Shown here: one piece after another, positions 1-10,931 of the stretch | Position numbering within the stretch: the stretch's first letter is position 1 | Layout: each line of letters opens with the position of its first letter | Virus record (IMG/VR): IMGVR_UViG_3300010346_001238 | Source: an uncultured virus (IMG/VR IMGVR_UViG_3300010346_001238) | Lineage: Duplodnaviria > Heunggongvirae > Uroviricota > Caudoviricetes | DNA length: 64,000 bases | Strand: one strand, 5' to 3' | Position numbers and translations under genes: made by a program | Notes under the pieces: model-generated | Database searches by the model: none | What the model saw: only the letters and a program-made list of their open reading frames with translations | Told to the model about the DNA's origin: nothing

Positions 1-345
1 ATCCCCCAATATCTCATTCCAAATACTCGCAGGCGGAAATAACGGCGGTATATCCTTACCATAATATTTATTTACCCTCTCCCTTATCTCATTATACCTA
101 GAATCTATCTTCTTCATCTCCCCTACACTTATCCTTAACCTAGAATATAATGCCATTCCCCTCTCCCGCTCCCGCTTCAATTCTTCTATCCCCATCTTAT
201 CTACTTCCTCATCCTCATGCCTATCCGCCCATTCACATATCAATCCATGCGTAAATTCAGCATCCGCACAACATAACTTTAATGCCTCATTTAATTCTTC
301 CAATTCTTCCAATATATCCCGCTCGGTATTATCTTCCTCTTTCAT
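1..345 (-). CDS. hypothetical protein, runs off the window edge
   Basis: Manual translation MKEEDNTERDILEELEEL... stays open to position 1; strongly purine-rich coding strand. Confidence 0.7.
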   Translation of the reverse strand, partial: MKEEDNTERDILEELEELNEALKLCCADAEFTHGLICEWADRHEDEEVDKMGIEELKRERERGMALYSRLRISVGEMKKIDSRYNEIRERVNKYYGKDIPPLFPPASIWNEILGD

Positions 346-1673
346 ATTACATCCATTTTATATCTATTCGCTATACCCATTATTCTTATTACTACATATA
401 TTCAAATTCTATTTAAACTATACTCCCATCTGTTTTATTTTATCTATATCCCATCCCCACTCTTAATCTAAAATATATTCCCACCCCCAAATAATCCTAT
501 GCCAATTTATATATCCTTATTCACCGATTAAAATGTATAACTAAATAATAACGTTCATACTTATATTCCCTTTCATTCTTCCATCTTTATATCTCCATAT
601 CTCCATATTCATATATTCCCATATTCCTATATTTCTATATTCACTTATATACTTCATTACGTATTTATATTTTTAATTATTTATATTCATGTATTCTTTC
701 TATTTTTATATCCCCTCTATACCCATATAGTCCCCCCACCCCTCCCCCCCACCACGAGGGACGAGTACTAGGGAATTAACCTCCCACTGGGGAGGGTACT
801 ACCCCCATTTTTAAGACCCCCCTACTCCCTTTATCCATTTTCCCCTATTTATATAAACTTTTATAAAAATACCCGAATTTTATAAAAAATATATACGTAT
901 ATACATATATAGCTATAGCTATATGAATAAGTAAATTAAATACTCGTGTGCGTGATACACATACATTTCCCTTTTTAATGGGAAAAAATACGTATAAATA
1001 TAAACATTTATGTACGTATTTATATACATAATTTATTAAGAAAATTATAGATATACATTTATAAATTTATAAAATTTTCCGAATAAATTGGGGAAATTGG
1101 GGAATTAGGAAATTTATGAATAATATAATTATGAATTGATAAATTTACATTAATCATGTATTGCCGAGGCCGGAGGCCGAGGCATCATAGATATTTGTAT
1201 AAGTATCTATTCATATATTTATATAAATACATAAATACATATTTATATATTTATAGTTCACCGAGAATAGTATTTATTCACCGAAAAGAAAGTATAAGTA
1301 AATACTAAAAATTTCACATATTTCACCGAATATAAGTATATCTAAATACTAATTCTGAGTAAGTAATATATGTTATTTACTAATATATGAGAATTGAAGG
1401 GAGTAAATAATATATGTTATTTACTTTAAAATGCGTATTTGAATAAAGCAAATAATATACATTATTTACATATTTTAATAGTTAAATAAAGATATAATAA
1501 TGATATTGTGTGGTGGTATATGGGAGATAATAGGATTCGAAAATTTGGGCAGGGGCGGTGTACTTTTATTATACTGAAATTTTGAAAAAAGTCAAGTCTA
1601 AAAGATAAAAAAAATAAAATAAAAAGTGAATAAAAGAGTTGATATATTTTAGAATATAGGTATAATAGGAGAT

Positions 1674-1880
1674 ATGAATATAGACAAATTGAATAAGAAG
1701 TTTCGAGCAAGTACTAGACCTTCGGGGAAGAAAATTAGTCCATTATCACTTTTATTGACAATGGGATCGATGATAATGATTGATTCAAAAGTTAAGGGAT
1801 ATGAAGATATAGAGATTTTAGAGAAATTGGAAAAAGAGGGGATTGATTTGGGTGAATGTGATAAAGAAAAGGGTAAATAA
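1674..1880 (+). CDS. hypothetical protein
   Basis: ORF with TTGATA..TATAAT promoter and AGGAG just upstream. Confidence 0.65.
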   Translation: MNIDKLNKKFRASTRPSGKKISPLSLLLTMGSMIMIDSKVKGYEDIEILEKLEKEGIDLGECDKEKGK

Positions 1881-1885
1881 AGCAG

Positions 1886-1913
1886 TTGACTTTTTTTAGA
1901 ATGTGGGTATAAT
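1886..1913 (+). promoter_or_regulatory. sigma70-type promoter, leaderless; one example of dozens
   Basis: TTGACT-N16-TATAAT, 6 nt before the ATG at 1920. Confidence 0.8.
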
Positions 1914-1919
1914 TGGGGT

Positions 1920-2198
1920 ATGATAACGGTATATTTAGTACCAGTAAAAAATGCGAGAATTAAGAAGATTGATTTCTCGCAATTAAAAAAAGATTTGGTG
2001 GTACAATTTGATTATCCTGAGAGCAAGGCACCTTGGGAAGTATCTTTAAGAGTAGTCAAGGTACTTTCTACCACAAGGGAACATCTTGTGGGATTAGAAA
2101 TGGGTTATTCACCATCTGGAAATCGTACATTCAAATATAAGAAGTATTTGAAAGAGAAGATGGAAGAGTTACATTTAATAGAATCTATACGGTTATGA
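1920..2198 (+). CDS. WYL-like small protein, paralog 1
   Basis: V-F-YP...R-V...L-G-E...K-Y...K pattern shared with the next four ORFs. Confidence 0.6.
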   Translation: MITVYLVPVKNARIKKIDFSQLKKDLVVQFDYPESKAPWEVSLRVVKVLSTTREHLVGLEMGYSPSGNRTFKYKKYLKEKMEELHLIESIRL

Positions 2199-2437
2199 GC
2201 AATATCCATGTAAATCCAGTAGTTAAGTTTGACTATCCTGATGAAGTTACGGGAAAGTATCGGCGGCGTTTTGTGCTTTTAATAGCAGCTAATAAGCATG
2301 AGATGGAAGGAATAGAAACTTTATTTGATAAAGGGAAAGAATATGCGATGATGAATCGAAAATATCGTCAGGATAAAATAAAGAATCTAAGCATTTTGTC
2401 CCATAATCCAACCTATTTAGAGGAAAATAAAGAATGA
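2195..2437 (+). CDS. WYL-like small protein, paralog 2
   Basis: VKFDYP..RRFV..EGIE..RKYRQDKI; ATGA overlap. Confidence 0.6.
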   Translation: MSNIHVNPVVKFDYPDEVTGKYRRRFVLLIAANKHEMEGIETLFDKGKEYAMMNRKYRQDKIKNLSILSHNPTYLEENKE

Positions 2438-2943
2438 ATAACATCTTAAAGGGACCATTAGTAAAATTTGAATACCGCAATGAAAATTCGGGGGAATATG
2501 AAATACAGAATATCATTGTAACGGAAGCCAATTCTAATTCTATTAAAGGAATAGTTGAATTAGAAAGAGATGGGCGGATGACGATACAGGAATTTAATCG
2601 GGATAGGATTGGAAGGTTAATGGTATTTACATTTAATCCTGTGGCATTAGGTAAGAAGAAGAAAGCCAGATTTGAATTTACAAAACCTATTGAATGGATT
2701 AAATCTATTAGTGGGGAAGGAAAAGAAAAGAAGGATTCTAATACATTTCCACCTTTAGAAGTATCGTTTGAATATCCTGATGATATGGGCATTTATACAA
2801 AAAGAACAGTAAATGTATTTAGAATGGGGCCTAAACAAATAAGGGGGTATGAATTTGTATTTGTACAGGGAGAAAAGAAAGATTTACCTGTACAAATTTA
2901 TCGGCGGGATAAGATTAAGAATTTTGAATTAGTATCGTATTAA
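2434..2943 (+). CDS. WYL-like protein with two repeats, paralog 3
   Basis: VKFEY..FNRDRI and VSFEYP..YRRDKI. Confidence 0.6.
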   Translation: MNNILKGPLVKFEYRNENSGEYEIQNIIVTEANSNSIKGIVELERDGRMTIQEFNRDRIGRLMVFTFNPVALGKKKKARFEFTKPIEWIKSISGEGKEKKDSNTFPPLEVSFEYPDDMGIYTKRTVNVFRMGPKQIRGYEFVFVQGEKKDLPVQIYRRDKIKNFELVSY

Positions 2944-2947
2944 AAAA

Positions 2948-3199
2948 ATGAATAACATACATAAGAATCCAATAGTAGTATTTGAATATCTTGATGAAAG
3001 TACGGGGAAGTATATTGTACAAGAGCTTAGTTTATATGCCGCTAATGCTAAGGTAATAAAGGGGATAGAAGTACTTGATGATGGGAAAGTAGTGGATCGT
3101 ACATTTAATCGGGATAAAGTTAGAAGTCTTAAACTATTAACCTACAATACGAAGTATTTGGAAAGTGATACAGAGTATTGGCAAAAGAAGAAAACATGA
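2948..3199 (+). CDS. WYL-like small protein, paralog 4
   Basis: VVFEYLD..KGIE..RTFNRDKV. Confidence 0.6.
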   Translation: MNNIHKNPIVVFEYLDESTGKYIVQELSLYAANAKVIKGIEVLDDGKVVDRTFNRDKVRSLKLLTYNTKYLESDTEYWQKKKT

Positions 3200-3462
3200 A
3201 AAACATAGACATAAAAGCATTAATAGATGGAACAGGACATTTTGAAGGTCCTTTAATTAAGTTTTTGTATCCGACTGCGGGGAGATATAATCCCTTAAAA
3301 GAGAGATTGGTACAATTAGTAACAGCTAATTCAGAATATCTTGAAGGGATTGAATTGATTCGTAAGAAGAAATTACCTGTGGAACGTAAATATAAAAGGT
3401 TTCTGCAGGAAAAAATTGTAGGAATGCAAATTGTCGGGTATAATACTGACATTACTGACTGA
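3196..3462 (+). CDS. WYL-like small protein, paralog 5
   Basis: IKFLYP..ERLV..EGIE..KRFLQEKI; ATGA overlap. Confidence 0.6.
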   Translation: MKNIDIKALIDGTGHFEGPLIKFLYPTAGRYNPLKERLVQLVTANSEYLEGIELIRKKKLPVERKYKRFLQEKIVGMQIVGYNTDITD

Positions 3463-3514
3463 AAATTTTCGAAAAATTGCTTGACTTACTGGAAAGAAAG
3501 GATAAACTGGGGGT

Positions 3515-3706
3515 ATGAAAAATGAAATTATGTATCCGTGTCCATTATGTGAGAATGAAATGACTGTTAAGCCAGATACGACTGGGGTAATGGTTATTTG
3601 TGAGAATGAATGTTTACCTACCTGTCATGAGAATGTATTTGGTCATGGGAAGACAGCAAAGGAAGCGTGGACAGTGAGTAAAGAAAAATTTCGGGTAAGT
3701 AAGTAA
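3515..3706 (+). CDS. small Zn-finger protein
   Basis: CPLC...CENEC; own promoter. Confidence 0.65.
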   Translation: MKNEIMYPCPLCENEMTVKPDTTGVMVICENECLPTCHENVFGHGKTAKEAWTVSKEKFRVSK

Positions 3707-3787
3707 AATTACTGACTGGAAAAAAACGGTAGTGGAACAAAAAAAGTAGTTGACAAAAAACAAAAAAACGGTAAGATGGAGAGCAAT

Positions 3788-4597
3788 ATGAAATTAAACT
3801 TCAAAACTTATGTCGGGGGCAAGGGCGTTGTCGTTGACCGCACTGGCCTAGAACAAGTCGCAACTCCGGAGCCTTTGGGGCGGTGGTTCCCAATTCCGCA
3901 TATTACACTGGTGAATGAGCTTGAAAAGGCTCTTGCGCCGCACAATCTGCGGATTACTGAGGAAACGTATAAATTGGACAAGGCGGGAAATCGGATGTTT
4001 GGGATGTTACAGGTGGCTAATGGTAGTATTGGCCATGAGGATTACTCGTTTATGGTAGGGTTGAAAAACGCTCACGATAAGATGATGCGAGCTGGGTTGG
4101 CGGTTGGAATGGGGGTGTTTGTTTGTTCCAATCTGTCATTCCGGGGTGAAATTGTCATTGGGCGGAAGCATACGACTGCAATCCTAGAGGATTTGCCTAT
4201 GCTGATGACTGGTGCCATTACTAAATTGGCACAGCGATGGAATGAACAGGATAAAATCGTTGAAGCCTATAAAAATACGGAGGTAGGGAAATTGCAGGCT
4301 CGTGACCTATTGATTCAAATGGCTCAAAGGAACGTATTTCCTCGGACCCAATTTATGGATGTAATGGAAGAATGGGAAGCGCCTCGTCATCCTGAATTCA
4401 AAGGCCGCAATCTGTGGAATTTGTTTTCTTCGGTGACTGAGAATTTGAAGCCTCGTGAGAATTCGTCAGGGTCAACTCTGTGGCTTCTTCAAGGCCGGAC
4501 GGAACGACTCCATTCCATTCTGGACCCGGTGGCGGGAATTCAATCTGAGGCTCCGGAAGTTTCAAATGAAGTGGACGTAGAAACTGAGGTAGCATAG
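3788..4597 (+). CDS. DUF932/DUF945-family phage protein
   Basis: PIPH, GLKNAHD, VFVCSNL, RKHT, NLWNLFSSVTE motifs. Confidence 0.75.
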   Translation: MKLNFKTYVGGKGVVVDRTGLEQVATPEPLGRWFPIPHITLVNELEKALAPHNLRITEETYKLDKAGNRMFGMLQVANGSIGHEDYSFMVGLKNAHDKMMRAGLAVGMGVFVCSNLSFRGEIVIGRKHTTAILEDLPMLMTGAITKLAQRWNEQDKIVEAYKNTEVGKLQARDLLIQMAQRNVFPRTQFMDVMEEWEAPRHPEFKGRNLWNLFSSVTENLKPRENSSGSTLWLLQGRTERLHSILDPVAGIQSEAPEVSNEVDVETEVA

Positions 4598-4618
4598 TTA
4601 TTCATACTTACGAACTGC

Positions 4619-4654
4619 ATTCCTCCGGGAAAATAACCCCGGAGGAATTTTTTT
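4619..4654 (+). terminator. intrinsic terminator
   Basis: attcctccggg/ccggaggaat stem followed by a T-run. Confidence 0.85.
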
Positions 4655-5248
4655 ATTTGGGAATTATGAAAATGGCGGTGGAAGATTTGTTTTAACCTGT
4701 TATTATACGGATTCATATAGAGAAGTCAAGAGTTATGTCAAAAAGAAATCCGGTAGCATTTTTATTTGTGCATTATTTTCTCTTAATAAACAAATAATAT
4801 ACTGAATCTTCCCAGAAGAAGAATTGAAGAAGAGAATAATGTATATTATTTAGAAAAGAGAATAATGAATGTTATTTAGTATTCGGTTTATTTCGCCTCG
4901 CCATTTTCCGAAGGAAGGGCTTCGGTCGAGCAAGTGCTCGATAATTAGTTTCATGAAAGTCGAAAATCGCATAAAAAGTGATGTTGGCGCTTTTTATATT
5001 TCTAGGTAGAAAAATAAATAGAAATAGAAGGGTTTAATAATTGGGGTAGGGTTAGGTATGGTTTAGGGTATAAAATGGATATATGAATAATTCAGGAATT
5101 ATATCAGGGCGAAAATAAAAATGACCCCAGGATTGCTCCTGGGGTCCGGTTGGGGGAGGGGACTGGTAGATCCCCTTAGAATTGACCATCATCTATCAAT
5201 TCTACATACCATTATACCGTAAATTTGTAAAAAGTCAAGACTTAATTT

Positions 5249-5533
5249 TTACGAGTCTGATTTTATATTTACGGGGAATTCAATCATTTCAAAGGCAATA
5301 GGGATACCTGGGGTAGGTAGGAGGGGGGTATAGTATCGTATATGTTCCCATGCTTCATTTACTTCTATAATCCCCCCCACGGAGGGGGGGATAAAAGTAT
5401 TATCGGTTAAGATAGATTTATTATATTTAGTAGCTTTTTCTATGGAAAAAAACCATCCGTTGGATTTATTCCAGTAAAGGGTATCTCCATTTACATTAGT
5501 AGAACAGAGAATGAAATAAGTTTTACTTGGCAT
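5249..5533 (-). CDS. hypothetical protein
   Basis: ORF coupled to the upstream gene. Confidence 0.6.
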   Translation of the reverse strand: MPSKTYFILCSTNVNGDTLYWNKSNGWFFSIEKATKYNKSILTDNTFIPPSVGGIIEVNEAWEHIRYYTPLLPTPGIPIAFEMIEFPVNIKSDS

Positions 5534-6374
5534 AAATGGATTTACCTTTGGAATTAAACCGTTTAATACGGGCCTTTGCGGGGGCTACATGAATTTTTTT
5601 ACCGTTCACGATTTTAGATGAAGTTTTACCTTTTCTAATGTAATGGGAAAAGTAAGCGGCTTTATATCCGCCTTTACCATTTTTCCGGTTACGATACATA
5701 GTTTTACTTAATTGAGTACCTGCCGGTTGTGTTCCGTGAATTAGAATAGCAAAGTCACCATCATAATTCCAAACGTGAGAATCATCATGGTCGATAGGCA
5801 ATTTGAATTTCCGTTTGGCGGCCCATTCGGAGTTTACAACTCTAGCAGAGCGGAGATTAAAAGTTTTAATTAAATGGTCATGCGTTCCTCCTAGCGAGGC
5901 TACTAATCGAAAATTGCTAGGCATTTCATTTAATCGTTTAATCCAGAAGGGGAGCGCTTTCGTATATCCGTAGAAAATAATATGTGGATTAGATTTAGCT
6001 ACTAGAAGCCAAGCGTCAAAATAAGTTTGATTGAAGAAGTCGCCGGACTGGTGCACTCGCACGAATTTAGTTTTCCCGTCACGAATGGGAATTGAGGCTT
6101 CAATTTTAGCGGCCATTTGAAGGGTAGTTTTAGAAGCCTTTAATTCTTCAAAATTATCCCATCGGGATTTTCTTACATTGGAGAACAGGGCCTCGATGCT
6201 CGCAGCATAGCATCGGAATTGCGTATCTGGCCCATCGGTTATTTTACCCGTTTCCCGGTTTGCCTTTGATAGACAGATTTTAGCGAAGGGACAGGAGAAG
6301 CCAGCGGGAAGGGAAAATATGGCGGTGTCCTTTTTTATCTTGGCGTTTTCAATAGAAAAATTTAGCGTTTTCAT
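5523..6374 (-). CDS. GP88-like protein
   Basis: FSLPAGFSCP..C..CYA, RVHQSGDF, FYGYTK motifs. Confidence 0.75.
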   Translation of the reverse strand: MKTLNFSIENAKIKKDTAIFSLPAGFSCPFAKICLSKANRETGKITDGPDTQFRCYAASIEALFSNVRKSRWDNFEELKASKTTLQMAAKIEASIPIRDGKTKFVRVHQSGDFFNQTYFDAWLLVAKSNPHIIFYGYTKALPFWIKRLNEMPSNFRLVASLGGTHDHLIKTFNLRSARVVNSEWAAKRKFKLPIDHDDSHVWNYDGDFAILIHGTQPAGTQLSKTMYRNRKNGKGGYKAAYFSHYIRKGKTSSKIVNGKKIHVAPAKARIKRFNSKGKSIYAK

Positions 6375-6507
6375 TATAGAACCATTATACGGATTCAGTT
6401 TACTTTGTCAAATAAAAAAGTAAATACTGGAGAGATTATTTAGGTAAGGGTATTAATATAAAAAAACCGGATGCACTACCTAGTGTGCATCCGGTCTTGT
6501 GAGTATG

Positions 6508-6981
6508 TTATGCCGCCACGGGTTCGGCGGGAGTTTCCACCGCCGCCGGAGCAACGTCAACGGAGACGGCGGTTTCAGCAAGCAGCGCCTTTTTAGTGGC
6601 TTCATAGTCCGCAGTCGTTTGGGCGGGAGCCTTTTCCGTGCTCGGTTTGACCGCTTTGGGAGTATTTTCTGCCGGTCGCCGGATAAAGACGTATTGCTTC
6701 CGGCCCAACCCGCTTTCGCTGTTCGGTTCGGCCAGAATGTTCTTTACCCGAATAATGGCGCCCTTGCGGGAACCCACTTCCCGTTTCACCCACTTGCGGA
6801 GGGTAAGAGTCGTGCACCGTTCTCCCTTCCCGGTTTCCAAATTTACACCGTTTGCGGTTTCCAGGTCCGAAAAGGTGAATTTACCACGAGGGATAATCGG
6901 AACGTACTTCGGGCGGCCCGGACCCCGCTTGGCGGTTGCATTCTTTCTCGCTTTCGCTTTGGCTTTTACGTTTTTGCTCAT
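6508..6981 (-). CDS. basic protein with AT-hook-like GRP motif
   Basis: KRGPGRPK; promoter upstream, hairpin terminator downstream. Confidence 0.7.
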   Translation of the reverse strand: MSKNVKAKAKARKNATAKRGPGRPKYVPIIPRGKFTFSDLETANGVNLETGKGERCTTLTLRKWVKREVGSRKGAIIRVKNILAEPNSESGLGRKQYVFIRRPAENTPKAVKPSTEKAPAQTTADYEATKKALLAETAVSVDVAPAAVETPAEPVAA

Positions 6982-7503
6982 GTGTTTTTTTGTTTTGCGT
7001 TTTTGTTTTTTTGATGGAACATACCATCATTTTGATTCTACATTATATCTATATTCGGTCAATTGTCAAGCGGACTTTTCAATTTTTTCATTTTTTGTTG
7101 TAAGTTCTTATCCATCAGCAATATATTATTTTCACTTGACTTTAATTCAATGAATAACATATTTTTAACGGACATTTACATTTGACAATTTATTTGAATT
7201 TCTTACCATTATATTGAATTTGGGGAGGAAGTCAACTGTAAAAACAAATTTCTTTTGACGGGAATTTGGTATAGAAATTGCTGGTGAATAAATATACAAA
7301 TGAAGAAGATATAATAAATAATATATGTTATTTACTCTGAAGAAGACAAAATGAATAATATATGTTATTTAGTGGATTGGATAAAAAGGGCCCGACAGAA
7401 ATCCATCGGGGGCTTGTGGCTAAGACAAAGAAACTAACTACCTGTCTACTGGTGTTAGGTTACGTTTTATTATATTGATTGGAGGGAGGAAGTCAAGTGT
7501 TAT

Positions 7504-7887
7504 TTATTTTACTCGGACAAAATCAATTGGAAAATTTTCGGCATATTCTTGGCATACCATTGTTTTTCCGTTTCGGGTGAAAGAAAGTTCATTTTCGGTG
7601 ATATGAACAGAATTTAGGGGGCAAACTATATCTCCGATCCAAGTAATAATACCCCGATGGGAATTGTAATAGAGGCGAACTGATTCTCCGATTTGGCATT
7701 TATTATCCAATTCCTGAATTTGTTTTTGAGACAATCGGGAATTGTGCAATTTAGCTTCTTTACGGGATACATTTATTTTCCCGTGTTCAAAGTTAATTAT
7801 ACCATAACTGGGGACATAGGTTAAATAGTCCAGGCATGTCATGGTAGTTTCTTCCATTAACAACCCATCTTTATTTATGATTTTCAT
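7504..7887 (-). CDS. hypothetical protein
   Basis: ORF with adjacent promoter. Confidence 0.65.
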   Translation of the reverse strand: MKIINKDGLLMEETTMTCLDYLTYVPSYGIINFEHGKINVSRKEAKLHNSRLSQKQIQELDNKCQIGESVRLYYNSHRGIITWIGDIVCPLNSVHITENELSFTRNGKTMVCQEYAENFPIDFVRVK

Positions 7888-7983
7888 ATTATCACTATAC
7901 TGATTTTTATAGAATTGTCAAGAAATAAAAAAAGCCCCCGACGATTTTTGTCGGGGGCGTGCACGAGGCGGGTGAGATAGAAA

Positions 7984-8331
7984 TTACATATAGACATTCC
8001 AACGGGAGAATGTCGGTTCAATCTTCAACTTGCGGAGCGTCTTCATGGATTCGGTTGGCACCTTTACAAATAGGGTATCTTCGTCAAATTCAACGAAAAA
8101 GTCCCCTTCTTCCCAATCGGCAACATCGGGAGTATAGGCGTCGCTCGCATAGTGAACTTGTACGATAGGAGGCAAATCTTTGATGTTTTCAATTAGGAAA
8201 TTTTCAACATCCTCCGCATCCCCATCTTTCAGGATTTTTCGGAATTCTTTTTGTTTTGCCTTAGACAGCAATTTCAAAAACTTTGCTGCGTTGACAGTGT
8301 AATTTGAACTTGGATAATCTTGCATACTCAT
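7984..8331 (-). CDS. hypothetical protein, family with 8495 and 9009 ORFs
   Basis: VNAAKFLKLL..KEF similar to INAREFSFFL / INAKELTFLL. Confidence 0.7.
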   Translation of the reverse strand: MSMQDYPSSNYTVNAAKFLKLLSKAKQKEFRKILKDGDAEDVENFLIENIKDLPPIVQVHYASDAYTPDVADWEEGDFFVEFDEDTLFVKVPTESMKTLRKLKIEPTFSRWNVYM

Positions 8332-8494
8332 TTTATTTCCCTTTTATTAAGTTTAATCCTAGTATATCGATTTGAAGGGAAATGTCAAGCGTAATAAAAT
8401 TGAAAATTCTGTCGATAAAGTTTGGCGTTTTTATTTTTCAAAATCAAAAGTATTTTGTTTTTTTAATATAATCCCGATTTCTTTTTCCCCAAGT

Positions 8495-8911
8495 TTAATT
8501 GTATTTAATTAAAATTTGAGTTTGATTATCTTTTATAGCATTAATTCTAGTTAATTGGGACAGGTGTTTTAGAAGCGGATGGATAGTTATAGTTGGATTT
8601 ATACAATGGGTACTAATTTCTACTTCAACAATGATTTCTCCTAGAGGCCATTGGCAATTGGGATTAGATCCTAAATAAAGATTGTCTATAAGAATAGTAT
8701 CTTTAATTATGTCCCATTTTTTACTCAAGTGCATTTCAAGAAGTTTCATTACTTCTTTTTCATTTTGTTGATTAATAGCGGTTATGTATTGTTCCTTAAT
8801 ATCTACGGGTAAAAAGAAACTGAATTCTCTGGCATTTATCCAGTATGTGTTTGAGACAATGACGGCACTAATTCTTTTAGGTGTATATTTAGTATTCATA
8901 TTAGTATTCAT
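8495..8911 (-). CDS. hypothetical protein, paralog
   Basis: INAREFSFFLP..WP shared with the 9009 ORF. Confidence 0.65.
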   Translation of the reverse strand: MNTNMNTKYTPKRISAVIVSNTYWINAREFSFFLPVDIKEQYITAINQQNEKEVMKLLEMHLSKKWDIIKDTILIDNLYLGSNPNCQWPLGEIIVEVEISTHCINPTITIHPLLKHLSQLTRINAIKDNQTQILIKYN

Positions 8912-9008
8912 ATTAGTTTTTATTTACTTGTACACTGACATTATTATATGCGGTATATTCTATGTTGTCAAATGGATATTTTGATGCCGCAGTGCGTTTG
9001 AATATGCT

Positions 9009-9278
9009 TTACGGGTTGAATATCACGACGACCGTTTTCGGGGGCCATTTACCAGCCGAGGCTTCTTTATAGGCAATATCATTTTTTCCGACAATAAATG
9101 CCCCAGCAATTTTTCCCCATTCTTTAGGGAGCCATTTATGGAGTAACTCCAGAACCATGTTGTCTGATTGGTCTTTAATGGCCTTTAGATATTTCTTCCG
9201 GATGGTAGAAGGAAGGAGGAAAGTCAATTCTTTGGCATTAATCAACGCAGTTTTAGTAGCAGTAATTTTATCTGTCAT
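9009..9278 (-). CDS. hypothetical protein, paralog
   Basis: INAKELTFLLP..WP. Confidence 0.65.
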   Translation of the reverse strand: MTDKITATKTALINAKELTFLLPSTIRKKYLKAIKDQSDNMVLELLHKWLPKEWGKIAGAFIVGKNDIAYKEASAGKWPPKTVVVIFNP

Positions 9279-9336
9279 GGAGGATTTTATGTTTGTGTTA
9301 AGAGAAATTATAGCTAGTTTAGAGTATTATGAATTT

Positions 9337-9699
9337 TTATAGTTCATCGGAGTATTTGTCCCCCAACTTAATCACTTGTTTCACGAAGTCATCGTACCAG
9401 TGATTCGGTTCCCGGACGCCACTTTCCATTTCTAGGATGCGTTTTCGTTTGATGTCGTCCCATTGGTCCAGGATTTCATTCCTAGCCCGGAGGTAGGGGT
9501 TACTGGGGTCCACCTTTGGCTTGGCCTTTCCTCTAGGTTTAATTTTGGCGTTCTGCTTTTCCTCTTCGGCCAGCAGCCTAAACCCTTCGGCGGTAGCTTC
9601 TGCTAGTGTCTCTGGATGTTCAGGCATGGGCAGGGAAGTGCGTCCATAGCGAATTTCTAAGGATGCACTACTATTTGGTTCATTCTTATTTTTCTTCAT
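9337..9699 (-). CDS. hypothetical protein
   Basis: ORF with promoter. Confidence 0.65.
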   Translation of the reverse strand: MKKNKNEPNSSASLEIRYGRTSLPMPEHPETLAEATAEGFRLLAEEEKQNAKIKPRGKAKPKVDPSNPYLRARNEILDQWDDIKRKRILEMESGVREPNHWYDDFVKQVIKLGDKYSDEL

Positions 9700-9732
9700 T
9701 TTACATAAATATACCAGTTAATTCACCGAATG

Positions 9733-10350
9733 TCAAGACTTTACATAGATTTTTGTTGGCTTGCCCCGGCCACCTTTTTGGTCCCGCACGAACTTAACCC
9801 TTGCGGTTTGCAATGCCGCCTGAACAAATAGATAGGCGGTAGGGTAGGATACGGAATTGAATTCGGCCAGTCCTTTGACGGTGAATTCCCCATCCGGGAG
9901 GTTTAATTCCTTCACTTTGGACAGGCCCACGGGAGCCTTTTGGGGGGCAACAGTAGCCTTTGGTGCCTCTCCGGGGGCGGTATCCGTATTCACCGAACGG
10001 GTTCGGGTGGACATAATAACAGGCAATGGGTCCGGAGTTTCTCCCTTTGCAATTTGGGTGAGACGCTTAAAGCGGTCCATAGCGGCCCCGACATTACCAA
10101 AAGACCATGCGGTTTGCCCAAATTGACTTGAACCGGGATATACTTCCCGGTCTTCTTCCAAGACTTGATTGAATATCATCTTCCCCTTTTGATGTACCTG
10201 TATGTTAAAAACTTCATAGTCTTTAATTCGGCCATCGGGGTTATACCGTTCATACACTGCCACAGACTCATTTCGACAAAGTTGCTTGTAAGTAAGCGGG
10301 GGATTAAACCCGCCCGCCCCTGATGTAAATGTTTCTTCAAGTCTAATCAT
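9733..10350 (-). CDS. hypothetical protein, possible C-terminal winged helix
   Basis: FTVKGLAEFNSVSYPTAY...GRGKPTKIY. Confidence 0.7.
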   Translation of the reverse strand: MIRLEETFTSGAGGFNPPLTYKQLCRNESVAVYERYNPDGRIKDYEVFNIQVHQKGKMIFNQVLEEDREVYPGSSQFGQTAWSFGNVGAAMDRFKRLTQIAKGETPDPLPVIMSTRTRSVNTDTAPGEAPKATVAPQKAPVGLSKVKELNLPDGEFTVKGLAEFNSVSYPTAYLFVQAALQTARVKFVRDQKGGRGKPTKIYVKS

Positions 10351-10445
10351 ACTCCCATTATATGGACCCGTGGTGTTTTGTCAACTCAAAAAAAAAGTTT
10401 TTTTGGGATTGACTTTTTTTAGAATACCCGTATAATGGCAGCAAT

Positions 10446-10622
10446 ATGAATGATAAAGAATTCGCTGAAATTACGGAAGCTCTGTTAAAGACCATTGCTC
10501 GCAATGACGAATTGACAGAACAGCTTGCTAGTGCCTTGGGCCTTGAACTAGACGAGTTTGAGGATTATTTGGACCGGGTTGAATTTCCCGTGGTCGGAGC
10601 AAAAAATAAACATGACGTATGA
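10446..10622 (+). CDS. small acidic hypothetical protein
   Basis: Manual translation MNDKEFAEITE.. (58 aa) after TTGACT..TATAAT. Confidence 0.6.
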   Translation: MNDKEFAEITEALLKTIARNDELTEQLASALGLELDEFEDYLDRVEFPVVGAKNKHDV

Positions 10623-10657
10623 CAAAATCCTAAGTTCACACTGTTAATGTCATAGAT

Positions 10658-10912
10658 ATGAAAATAATTGCGCATAATGTCATTGAATGGGTTGACGGAG
10701 AAATTGTAGCAGCACATTCATTTTCTGACACTAGGGAGGGAGAGCTAGCCGCAATCAAGCTATTTGAAGAATTGATTAGGGAGGTTGAACCCCCTACTGG
10801 TGAAGGAAAAAAAATGTCATTGGATAAATTTATCAAACAGTGTATTAAGCAAAAGTGTTTCATAAGTAGGGACCAAAATCACGTCATAACTTTAATTAAA
10901 AGTTTACCATAA
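10658..10912 (+). CDS. hypothetical protein, tandem paralog A
   Basis: HSF..TREGEL..LFE..SLP shared with the next ORF. Confidence 0.75.
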   Translation: MKIIAHNVIEWVDGEIVAAHSFSDTREGELAAIKLFEELIREVEPPTGEGKKMSLDKFIKQCIKQKCFISRDQNHVITLIKSLP

Positions 10913-10931
10913 GAATTTAATACTTATATTT

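Noticed and set aside
6499..7153. + strand ORFs 6499-7014 and 6638-7153, and similar shadow ORFs at 25.6-26.2 kb and 27.8-28.1 kb
   Set aside because: Shadows of GC-rich genes whose promoter and terminator support another frame
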